Assembly: GCA_016906335.1 (NCBI GenBank)
Contig: JADEYG010000012.1
Span: 1,178,001-1,242,000, forward strand
Reading direction: 5' to 3'
From: Novakomyces olei
Taxonomy: Eukaryota
Length of the DNA stretch: 64,000 nucleotides
A model generated the notes under the pieces. That model was given only the letters and a program-made list of their open reading frames with translations. It searched no databases and was not told the DNA's origin. This document shows, one piece after another, positions 12,854 through 23,034 of this stretch (position 1 is the first letter of the stretch; each line of letters opens with the position of its first letter). Made by a program: the position numbers and the translations under genes.

Positions 12854-15107
12854 ATGAATATTCCGGTCGTCATGAAGCGGCAGAGTAGACAGCCGAGACG
12901 CAAAGCGCGTGGTCGCTCACGCAATGGCTGCCTCATGTGTAAATTGTAAGAGATACTGAATTTACTGTCTATTTTCCTATTTTTCACGTAACTGCCTGCT
13001 GTCACTTCTCCATAGGGATCGTATGCAGATCTGCGCGGGGAAGTCGCAATGTGCGAACCTGACAAGATAGGGGAATACAGCATTAATGAGCAGGTTTGCA
13101 AATACGAATTGAACAGATAGCGACAAAAAGAGTAATAGAAAAGAGAAGAATCATGATAATCAAAGTCAAAGGCGAAAAGAGCCAGATGCTTTCTATTGCA
13201 ATTGAATTTGCTGACATTTCTTTTCAAAGTCGACGGGTGAAATGCGACGAGACGCGTCCAATCTGCAAAAACTGCCTCAGATCTAAACGGCCTTGCTTTT
13301 TCACTTCTGTTGCTGATGGACGTGGAAATTTAAATGAAAATTTAAATGAAGATTTAAATGGAAATTTAAAAGGAAATTTACATGAAACCCTGCTGTCGCC
13401 GCCACCCTGTTCGATCGAGGATAAATTGCTATCAACCTTCGATTCTGACCCGTTTACCGCCTCAATGTCGTTATCTGGTTTTGAAAGCGATCTGCAATTG
13501 CTCGACCAGAAAGACGAGGATGAAGAGTACTTCGAGGATGAGAACTTCGATCTTCTCGAGCTTTTGCCGATACGTGTTGATCATCTGTCGCGAGAAATGT
13601 CGACGCGAAATATGTTTTACAATTTTGTCTCTCAAATTTTTGCTGGCCGAGGATTGAACATGGACATTGAATTAGCTTTACATTTGGGCACGTGGATGCG
13701 TAATCTTACGGATTTATTAGGACCGTACATTATGACCTCACCGGCAGCTCGAAATGCTGTGCTTTCCAATATCTCTTTGAATGGCGGGAATAATAATGAA
13801 AGCTTGGAGTATTACACAGTGTCTGTGAAAGAGTCGCGATTGGAACTGCGGAACTCTACTAATAGTCAAGATTGTATAGCGCTTTACTTGTTAAACGCTA
13901 TACTACTCTCTTTTTCGTGTTTAAGAAGATTGGACCTTGAAGGCTTACGAATACATACGGTTTGCGCTCGGAGAATTCTTGTGGAATTTATGCGGCCAAG
14001 AAAAAGGGGTTCACCATTTCTTTTGCAATTGAGAGCTCTAACAGATTTTATACTAAGGCACACCTGTATTATTTCCCATCGCAGCCTCTACAATGAGCAG
14101 AAGTATGAGAGTTTTGATGAACTTATATTTTTGATGGATCAAGACGAAAATGAGCAGCTTGAATTTATTTCTCTATTAGATCGTCTTGAGCTTATTGACA
14201 ATCTGCGACTGAACTCTGTGCGATCTTCATACCGTCTCAAGCGCTGGCGAGTCTTGGTGGAGAAAGGAGCGATGGGAAAATCTGAAGAAACGAAGGAGGA
14301 GAATATGATACAGCTTTTTTGGACTGAAATGAACGCTCTTTACAATTGTCATACGGGTTTTATAGACGCTGTTCAAGAAATGCAAAATCAAATGGCCGAA
14401 GGTGCTGATTTTGCTGATTTGGTATGACTGTGAAATTCCTTCATTGATTTTAATTTATTTTCGACAGATATGTATATATTTATATCTCAAATTTTTACCT
14501 CCTTCACATTAGATTTTGTTCCATTTATTTTAAATTAATTTTCGCAAATAATATTTCAAATAATATTGCAATTACCATTGCAAATAATATTGCAAATAAT
14601 ATTGCAAATTGCACTTTCAGTGTATTTTACGATGTCCTTGGTCTATAATTATTTAGTCAAATTGGAGTTAAATTGCTAATCAAGTTCCAGCCGTCTTATC
14701 ATTGCGTTATGTTGGGGCTGCTTTGGAATGAAATGAATACTCTTATTTCTGCCCGTTTCGCTCTCACTCATGAGCTTTGTGGGAGAGAAAAGCTGTTGCA
14801 GATTGCGCTAGAGTCCCAGTCAGTTCTGCGTTCTACGCTCATTGAAATTGGCAGAACAAATCAACTTAGCCGGCTTTCTATTTTTGTTCAATTTACTTTT
14901 ATGTACGTACATATCTCTATAAAGCAACTTCACGAACCAGAATGGCTGCTTTCGGATGCTCTAGAGCTAAAAAAGCAGAAAGAAGAGGAAGATGTTTTGG
15001 CCAGAATGGCTGTTGAATGTGCCAGAATTGTTTTCAACAACGACAAAATTGTTACTGTTGATTGTCCGTGGATTTGGTTTGGTTACATCAACCGATTTTT
15101 CATATAA
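12854..15107 (+). CDS. Zn(II)2Cys6 fungal transcription factor
   Basis: RSRNGCLMCK/FRRVKCDETRPICKNCLRSKRPC across intron 12946-13229; second intron 14422-14690. Confidence 0.85.
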
Positions 15108-15801
15108 ATGAACTTTGAGGTGATTTTTTGATTGATTAAATTACGAGAATGCTTTTGGCATCGAAGTTAATTTGTTTATACTTTCTAGAATCATTTCTCG
15201 TGTTCATAATTCTATTATAATTTGCTAATTATAGTTTTTTTGCGCTAAAATCAGTATTATATGGTGTACTAAATGTTTGAGCTCCGGACTAAAGTTTTAC
15301 AATAATTATATAATTATCGACGTCCGAACAATAATTGGCTTGACCTATAATTTGCACTTTCTTGCGATATATCACAACCAGTCTTTTCAATATTAAAATA
15401 TACCAGCTTCATCAAAGGCCAAATAAAAAACCGACTGAGCATTAAAATGCGACTAGGATTAAGGCCCAAATTAAACATATTAAACCATATTAAACCGCTA
15501 TAGAGGACGCCGGCAAGTAAACAAATAAAAACCCAATTTCAAAACCAATAACGAAATGAATAAATCAACTGTGAAATATGATGGTCTTAGCCGAAACCAT
15601 ACATCTGCAGGTAAGTAATATATGCGCGAGAAATTAATAGTGAAACGCAGATATACAAATCAAAATTGACATTTTCGTTATAGAAGGTACCTAATATTAT
15701 TATGATAGAATATATATATAATAAACATGTAAATAGCAAACATGTAAATGACCAAAAATAATCGCAAAAAATATAACCAGATAAAAACACTGACGCCGCC
15801 T

Positions 15802-17228
15802 TTAAACGCTGTTACAAAGAGCGGACTCGCAGACTTGTAGCTGTTTTTCGAGCGCTACAATATGGTGATGCTGCATGTCTACGCACGAATGCAAGTACCG
15901 AATATGGTCGATAGCAAGAGAGAGAATTTCGCTCTTGTTAAGCCTTAAATTATTGGTACAGCTTAACGATCCAAGTGACGAGGAAATGGAGACGTATGAT
16001 TCGCTGCAATTGCTCTCGCCACTCCCGTACCCGTTCTCTTCTTTAATAGCACAAATACTGCTTTGGCATACGACGCGGAGTTCTTGAATTTTGTCATTGA
16101 TGTTATCACGCCGACGACGTTCAACTGTTTGTTAGTATTTGGCATTTAAAACAATAAAGAATAGAGAATAAAGCCGACAAGGTAAAACATTAATCAAAAA
16201 GCAGGAAAGATTTTGGAGTTAAAAGAGCGCTTAAAGAAGAAGAAAATGAGATGGAAACAATAATATTTGAAGGGCAATCTATCTTTTTCCCTTCATCTTT
16301 ATCCCTTCCATAGATGCCGAAGGGGTTTGAAGTTGGAATAATACTTACCTGCATTGTGAGACTCTCGTCGGCGTCTTTTTTGCTCAATGTACGGGGAATT
16401 CTGTGTGTTACACAGATTGTACGTCGGTGCGTAAGATTCGTTGTACATGGAAACAGTATTAGTCTGTCGCTGTCGCGGTCTCTGTCGCTGATGCTGGCTG
16501 CTGGTGTGCCCTACGTCATCCATGCTCGACGTTCGGTCATAATTGACGTAAGGCTCTTCCTCCGCTTGTGCGTTATGCCAGTCTGATGTTGGCATACCCT
16601 GGAGTATTGGCCGCAGACTGTTTTCAAGTGTTTGAAATTGGAATCCCGGCATATTCGCATTGCCATTGCCATTGCCTTTCCCGCTCCCGTTCAACTCGCT
16701 TATTTGACCGGTCTCTTGTCCTTGCTCTTGGCTCTCAGATTTGGCTGCTTGTTGCTGGTGCTTATCAATGTAGGGAGCAGGTGTTATACGAGGCAATTGC
16801 TCTTGTGGTGATGTATGACGTGACCGAACGTTTGTTCGACTGCTAGGCGATCGCCTTTTTCTATGCAATTCGCTGTGTCCGAAATAAGGATGTTGGCTGT
16901 GCTGAATTACAGACGCTCTGGGAGCAGCTAGACCAGGTGCGGGGTCCTGGTATGGCTCCTGTGTTATGCTCTGACATATTTCTGCTATAATTGCATCATT
17001 TTGAGTAGATTCCTCTCCACAATCTGCTAGGGCCGCGTTCTGCAGCGATGAGAAGCGTGTGTATTTGGAAGATGATGATGGTGAGACTTCAGAGCACTTT
17101 TTGGGTATTGCTTCGTATTCATCGGACTCGTTCTCCAGCAATGATAGAGATTGTTGTGCTGCAGGTTGCCGCATATCCGGTTTGCCTTCAGTGATTGTAG
17201 AACGGATAGCTGCTGGGGAGGCAAGCAT
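15802..17228 (-). CDS. bHLH-ZIP transcription factor (RTG3/MiT-TFE-like)
   Basis: Intron 16125-16348 (GTAAGT...TACTAAC...CAG) joins KRRRRESHNA/VERRRRDNINDKIQEL; later NKSEILSLAIDHIRYL. Confidence 0.88.
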
Positions 17229-17713
17229 TATCGCCGAATTCTAGCTCGTTTCGAGTCTAGTCTCTAGTTTTATAGAGTTATGTTTGCTGCTCTTTGCCAA
17301 TCAGCGAATTGCACTCCTTTGAGTTGCAGGTATGAGCGGCAAATACTGGCAGCAGAGATAGAGGACTATTATTGAGCACAAATGTCTTCCTCAAGTAGCT
17401 CAATTAGCTAATTGAGCAGCAAAAGTGGTTAATGTCCTCTTATTTCTGGGACTCCTCGCCTCGATTGGTAATTCCCAGACAGCCAATAAGAGAATATCAT
17501 TAGAATATTAGCGCATGTAATTAGTATTGTACGCCTTATCGGTAGAAAACCCTAGAGTTCTATTCAGCACACCGCATTACTTGATACAGATATCAAGTAT
17601 ATGGTTTACTCTTAAGCGGGCCCCGTGAGTGTATCATTTCTCGTACGAATAATAAGATAAATCATATTTTGTAGATAGACGCAAATATACTCCAAAAAAG
17701 TCGACTCGGTGCC

Positions 17714-18606
17714 ATGGACTACCAGGTAAGAAGCTCTTTCTACAACTCTATCTTACTAATGTTGTAGAACAGGGCCGGCAGCAAGTTTGGCGGCGGCGGC
17801 GTCGCCGGCGTTTCTGAGACTAACTTAAACCGCAGAGAACGGTTACGGAAGTTAGCGCTTGAAACGATAGATCTAGCAAAAGATCCTTATTTCATGAAGA
17901 ATCATCTAGGATCTTATGAATGCAAGCTGTGCTTGACTCTCCATGCTAATGATGGCTCCTATCTCGCACATACGCAAGGCAAAAAGCATCAAACAAACTT
18001 AGCTCGTCGTGCTACATTAGATCGCGAACGGGCAGCTCGACTAGGTGTAGCCAACCGCAATTTTGATGCTCTATCAGCCGCTGCTGCTGCTGATAGAGCT
18101 GCAGCCGGACCTGCAGCTTCTGCTGTTGCCGGAGGAAAAAAATCGTTCATAAAAATTGGTCGGCCCGGATACCGTATTATGAAGGTGCGCAGTAGGGAGG
18201 GCGAGGATACCCACAGTCCAGCTCAGGACGGAGTTTTCATACAAGTTTCTTTGCCAGAAATCGCACCGGGCGTGAAGCCTAGGCATAGGTTCATGTCTGC
18301 GTACGAACAGCGACAAGAACCTCCTGATCGAGAGTACCAGTATTTGATTATTGCGGCAGAGCCCTATGAGTCTATTGCAATAAAACTAGGTGAGTTTTAT
18401 CATATTTTAATTTATTTTAATCATTTTAAATCTATTAATAATAATGATTTATTTTATGGAATAAGCTAATCAGAATAGAGGCTCGAGAAATTGATCGTTC
18501 ACAGGGGAAATTTTACGAATACTGGGATTCTCCTAATTACTACATGCAATTTTTCTACAAGTCGCCTCGAGTGGATAATAAGATTTCTGCTGTTCCCGGT
18601 CTGTAG
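17714..18606 (+). CDS. PRP11: Splicing factor SF3a subunit 2 (Sap62/Prp11)
   Basis: MDYQ/NRAGSKFGGGG...RRERLRKLALETIDLAKDPYFMKNHLGSYECKLC; introns 17726-17767 and 18390-18478. Confidence 0.95.
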
Positions 18607-18912
18607 GAATACTGGCGATGTATTGTTTACGGAACTCGATTTATAATTATACTAGCGTAATAGATTTGATTTAAGTACGATTGGCCTAGGATGCATGACG
18701 ACAAGCATCACTACTTCCGGAATTGCAAGCTTTCATATTTTGTCTTCATATTCTATCATGTTTCAATGATGCAATTTGCATTGCTTTTAAAAAGCATTTT
18801 AAAATGCGTTAGAGTAGCAAAAACGTAATCAACTTCTACCAAGCCCCATTGTAATTATCCCAGTATATCGCTGCTTGTAAACCATAATATGTACAATAAG
18901 GTCCGAATGCGT

Positions 18913-19529
18913 CTAGTCGGTACTTGCGCAACCGTGGCAGCCTGATTGGTTAATAAATTATGGAATCTGTGCACTAAACTCACCACAATGAATACAGTCT
19001 ACTTCCGTATTGGCGTCCAATTTATGTTTTGGTACGCGGCATACGCACGTGTTGTTAAAGTTGGTCTCTGATGTCGCAATGCATTTTAGGCAGCAAAGTT
19101 TCTCATATCCAGGCTAAAGGTTAATATCGATTTTAAAGATCGACAAAGCTAGACTGCCCACCTTTTTCCACTTTGCTATAAGATTACCGTCCGCAAAACC
19201 TTGCTTAAGGAGCCAGTCATAAAGCTCCCGAGAAATAGCATCCCGGTTGTAGTAGAGATCATAGACGTAGCGAGACCGCTGATGATGTATCTGCATTATT
19301 TTATGTGTAAGCTGTACTTTGATCTTGTCGTGCCCAGGATCCGACTCGGCGTCTCGCATCTTGAGCGCAAATGCCTCCAAGGTGGGCGCGATTTTGTCAT
19401 AGCCAGCAGGTGCTCTGCTACGTTAGTCATCATAGGCTATAACAAATATCCTCACGGCCGCTTGCAGTAGGAAGAATCTAACTAAAAATAGCCTTACTTT
19501 TTCGTTCGTAAAGTCTTGATACGAGGCAT
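18913..19529 (-). CDS. BUD31: Spliceosomal protein Bud31/G10/Cwf14
   Basis: MPRIKTLRTK...HHQRSRYVYDLYY...KWKK/PGYEKLCCLKC...CIHC/GCHGCASTD; introns 19415(or 19418)-19497, 19114-19161, 18942-18983. Confidence 0.95.
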
Positions 19530-19573
19530 TTCAGCACCGATCGCTTCTCAAACTGATGATTTTGTGTCAATTC

Positions 19574-19640
19574 CAGTCACGTATAATGTGTCGAGAAGAA
19601 ATAGAAATGGTTATTAAAACGTTACCAGGGTTAGGGTTAG
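19574..19640. promoter_or_regulatory. Homol D-like CAGTCACG (19574-19581) plus telo-box/Homol E-like AGGGTTAGGGTTAG (19627-19640) in the BUD31/snoRNA-cluster divergent promoter
   Basis: Motifs read directly; the same motif pair occurs upstream of RPL21. Confidence 0.6.
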
Positions 19641-19857
19641 TCTAATTTATGTAATAGCAAGAGAATAAATCTAATTTTCTACGATTATACAAATTTAACT
19701 ATCTGTTGTAACTAACCCGTATGAAATATTAATTATAAAAAATTTGCATTGAACACAATCAATTGGTTTGCAGTGGCATTGCTCTTATTCAGCAAAGCTC
19801 CATTTTGAGATTGCTGTGATCAACGTTACGTTCGTGTAAGTTTCTATCTCGACTCTC

Positions 19858-19938
19858 GTTCCGAATGATGTAATTTACAAACGATAACTTTTGAGCTTCG
19901 GCTTTGATCGTTTCAATTAGCTCTAGAACTGACGGAAC
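19858..19938 (+). ncRNA. Box C/D snoRNA, predicted guide for the 18S A in UUCU-A-GAGCU (about A162, yeast numbering)
   Basis: Terminal stem GTTCCG/CGGAAC, C box ATGATGT 19865, D box CTGA 19929; 13-nt guide ATTAGCTCTAGAA complementary to conserved 18S TTCTAGAGCTAAT. Confidence 0.85.
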
Positions 19939-20034
19939 ATATTTGTTTTCCTTACCATTCTCTTTATACGCGCAGTTATTCTAACAATGTCAGCAGATCA
20001 CGCGTTTCATACAGTAAGTCATTCTGTGGCGGCA

Positions 20035-20140
20035 GCACTGTGGTGATGATGAAAAAGCCTTTCGTTTTAACGAGTCTCGACTGTTTAGTGATGACTAAAG
20101 CCTTTCAATACCAAAAGTTTCAGCCTTGTCTGAGCAGTGT
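20035..20140 (+). ncRNA. snR41: Box C/D snoRNA snR41 (18S Gm1126 guide)
   Basis: Stem GCACTG/CAGTGT, C box GTGATGA 20043, C' 20088, D CTGA 20130; guide AAGTTTCAGCCTTG complementary to 18S CAAGGCTGAAACTT. Confidence 0.88.
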
Positions 20141-20268
20141 CGTGCACGCCAATTTTTCGGGCTAGCTTGCTTACCACTAAAGCAAAAATTCCATAATGAT
20201 TCGATAATAAACGATCGGGTTATTCCTCCGTTTGTTTTCTACAAATTTCTCGAAGGTGAGTCTACAAG

Positions 20269-20380
20269 GGCCATATGATATGATGATTGCTCAAGACGTA
20301 CGGGCGGACTAAGCACCAGTTACGAATAATGTACAAGGAACTGGATTTGCTGCTGAGAAAAGTCTTTCTGATCATTGGCC
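20269..20380 (+). ncRNA. snR70: Box C/D snoRNA snR70 (18S Cm1639 guide)
   Basis: Stem GGCCA..TGA/TCATTGGCC, C box ATGATGA 20280, D CTGA 20368; guide ACGGGCGG before D' CTAA (18S CCGCCCGT); extra element TGTACAAGG in an internal hairpin. Confidence 0.85.
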
Positions 20381-20444
20381 TAATCGCATTTTGCTTTGAA
20401 ATTAAATTGACTAACTTTCTCAAGGTACGTATGCTCGCAGAGTT

Positions 20445-20546
20445 CTGTGCTCGGTGCTGATGAAATCTTAATACTGCGTATTCACACTGTCTGAAAATCA
20501 TTCGTGACGCAAAATCTTTTGGAGACCTTCTGAGCCGTTCGCACAG
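20445..20546 (+). ncRNA. snR51: Box C/D snoRNA snR51 (25S Um2729 guide at D')
   Basis: Stem CTGTGC/GCACAG, C box TGATGA 20458, D' CTGA 20491 with guide GTATTCACACTG (25S CAGTGTGAATAC), D CTGA 20530; the snR41-70-51 order matches the known yeast cluster. Confidence 0.85.
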
Positions 20547-20720
20547 GCCAAATTTTCTACAAAGCTAAACAAATAGGCATATTATTTGCAAAAGTCTGAA
20601 CTTTACTGGCTCAATTCTGTCCACTAGTCAAGGTTCTTGATACAAAGTAAGTCCTTAGTCAAACGGAATGTGAGCACACAAATTCTCGTTTATGTTCTTA
20701 TGAATACAAGTTTTGAGAAA

Positions 20721-20822
20721 GGCAGCAGAATGATGTAAACATGATTCGCTGCGTTCTTGCCAAGTGGGCTGTATTGCAGTCGTATGCAGATTATAATCAT
20801 CTTGGAGAACTGATTTGCTGCC
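20721..20822 (+). ncRNA. Box C/D snoRNA, dual guide for 5.8S (about A43) and the 25S C in UCU-C-CAAG
   Basis: 9-bp stem GGCAGCAGA/TTTGCTGCC, C box ATGATGT 20730, D CTGA 20810; 14-nt TTCGCTGCGTTCTT complementary to 5.8S AAGAACGCAGCGAA; ATCTTGGAGA complementary to 25S UCUCCAAGGU. Confidence 0.85.
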
Positions 20823-20876
20823 AAACTTTATTCATATATTTATTCATTTATATCGAATATCCTTTTAAGTTATCAG

Positions 20877-21623
20877 ATGGAAGTCGACCAGAGTAACGAG
20901 GCATGTGTTATGCCGGGAACTACCGTCTTAAATGTCCCGTCTAAAATCGATAACCCTCCTTTACGCCTAGGCCCCGGTCTCGTTCACCATATCGATGCCA
21001 AAACAGGAGACGTCACGGTTACAGCCAGCCGGGTGGGCATTCTACACCAGCCCAAACCGTTAACTCTAGGGTTAAGCACCCCATGCAAACGATATGTTGC
21101 CGGGCTTGGTGATTTTGTGGTTGGAAAAATTGTCTTTAGGCATTCGGAGGGATACAGAGTGGATATCGGAACAGCACAGTTGGCGAATTTGGGAATGTTA
21201 GCTTTTGGTGAACAAACTACGAGACGTTTCAAGCCCAATTTGCAAGTTGGTGACATTATATATGCTCGTGTTTCCTTGGCGCACAGAGACATCGAGACCG
21301 AGCTCGAGTGTTTTGATGCTACCACTGGAAAAGCAGGAGCTTTTGGTCATTTACAGGGCGGCTATGCTGTAGAAGGTCTAGATTTGCTTGTGGCGGCCGC
21401 CCTTTTCCAAAAGAGTAGCAGTATTCCTGCCTTACAAAGGCTCGGAGAGCAGTTTGCCTTTGAACTTTGTGTTGGCGTTAACGGTCGGGTGTGGATTAAA
21501 ACAGACGATTTTTCTCACACCGTTCTTGTTAAAAACACCATAGAAAATTGCCGTGGCATGACGTCTTCCGAATTATCGGAATACGTGGAACGCGAACTGC
21601 AGTCTATTGCAGAAAGGGGGTGA
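20877..21623 (+). CDS. RRP40: Exosome cap subunit Rrp40
   Basis: LRLGPGL, KRYV...GDFVVG, YRVDIG, KPNLQVGDIIYARV, ELEC, VGVNGRVWI motifs. Confidence 0.93.
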   Translation: MEVDQSNEACVMPGTTVLNVPSKIDNPPLRLGPGLVHHIDAKTGDVTVTASRVGILHQPKPLTLGLSTPCKRYVAGLGDFVVGKIVFRHSEGYRVDIGTAQLANLGMLAFGEQTTRRFKPNLQVGDIIYARVSLAHRDIETELECFDATTGKAGAFGHLQGGYAVEGLDLLVAAALFQKSSSIPALQRLGEQFAFELCVGVNGRVWIKTDDFSHTVLVKNTIENCRGMTSSELSEYVERELQSIAERG

Positions 21624-21719
21624 TGATTGTGATGTTAATATAAGAAAAGACGCTGAATGTGAATTTGTAGAATACTAGATAAATTATTTGCTTAATTATT
21701 TATTTCATCATAATTTTCA

Positions 21720-23034
21720 TTATTCCCGGTCTAATGTACCATCAAACTGTAAATTGCGTCGCAATTGTTCCTGCCAAGCATCATCGTCCCTTTCAATTGC
21801 CGACCATTCAATCACATTATCCTGTCCAAGCGCAAAATTGCTCTGCCGAGTTCGCACCAGACTGACCATATGCGCACCAGTGTTGAGTGCCTTGCCCAAG
21901 TCGTGAATGAGCGATCGCACATAAAAGCCAGAGCTCACGTTCATATGAAGCCGAATGATGGGTGGCGCGAGCTTATCACCTGCTTTATCAAGAGCATCAG
22001 CGACAGAATTGACCTCTTTCTTGAGTTCAGTACTTTTATCAGAACCCTCTAATGGCACTGCCTCTGCACCCGTATACGCAACATTTTCCTCGGCTGACTT
22101 CACGGCTGGTTTGCCGCCTTTCTCTTCACTGCCAAATTTATCATTGTTTTGCTTATTCATTTTAGTTGAATTTTCAGCCTTTTCCGTTCCTTCATTAGCT
22201 ATTTCCGTAGACTTTACACGCTTCGTAGGGGGCTCTGCACCATATAAAAGCTTCTCCGACTCAATCTCAACCTCCGAGCCAGTCTCTGTTGGCGCCTTAA
22301 AGTCGTGTTCACGAGTGAATTCCAATAATTCCACTTGACAAGAAACTTGCCGTGCGGCAATTTCCCTTGGAAGTGGTAAGCCTTCTCGGGCATACTCGTA
22401 CAAAGCTTTCCCGTCCATTTTCAGTGCAGAATAAAGGGGTGGTAATTGGAGCAGATCCGGTCGGCAAAAGGCCTTGAGAGCCTCACGTACTTTGGCCTCC
22501 GTTATATGAGCGCTTGGTGCACTGTACAAGCACCGTCCTGCGCTATCATACGTTGTAGTTGCGCTGCCAAAGAGCGCTACGGCCTCATATTCTTTGGTGC
22601 CACTCAGAAACTGGTGCAGCTGTTTTGTGCCTGAATTGATCCCGACAACTTGCAGGTTAGATTTGCCTTGAATTTTGAATTTCGCATTTAATTTAGGTTT
22701 TAAACTCTTTATCATCAAAGATTTTCTGCATTGACCTGTTCAGAACCTCTATTTGAGCCAATTTTCTTGTTTTTCCATTACCTAAGACACCACTAGCTAA
22801 TGGGTCAAGTGTTCCTCCATGGCCCATTTTGAAATCTGGTATATTTCCACGTCGTCTCCTACTTTTTGCCGGAGTAGAGCGAAGTTGGGGTCCTAGACTG
22901 CTTTTACGCAGAGCTGCTTTGAATTCTTTGAATTAATTACGTTTTCCAGATACAATTATTTGCTTACTGTCCAGTAAGCCCGCCGAACTAATACCCGAAG
23001 GCTTATTTAGCCCAACGAGGCCGCTACCGACCAT
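21720..23034 (-). CDS. PUS4: tRNA pseudouridine-55 synthase (TruB family)
   Basis: NKPSGISS, KMGHGGTLDPLASGVL/VVG, PPLYSALKMDGKALYEYAREG, SSGFYVRSLIHDLG; introns 22926-22967 and 22649-22781. Confidence 0.93.

Larger units (their letters stand above)
19836..20876 (+). ncRNA. Spliced snoRNA host transcript with tiny non-coding exons (span given is first donor to last candidate acceptor)
   Basis: Donors GTAAGT 19836, GTAAGT 20014, GTGAGT 20256, GTACGT 20425, GTAAGT 20647; branch plus acceptor at 19993, 20182, 20424, 20576; one snoRNA follows each donor; no ORF in the joined exons. Confidence 0.75.

Noticed and set aside
13016-13093. TPP riboswitch-like sequence in a TF intron (GAACCTGA)
   Set aside because: Lacks the CTGAGA motif and the required helices
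19540-19549. ATCGCTTCTC resembling the U2 snRNA 5' end
   Set aside because: No downstream GTGTAGTA branch-pairing region or Sm site
19627-19640. Telomere or telomerase template
   Set aside because: Only about two repeats at a promoter position; better explained as a factor binding site
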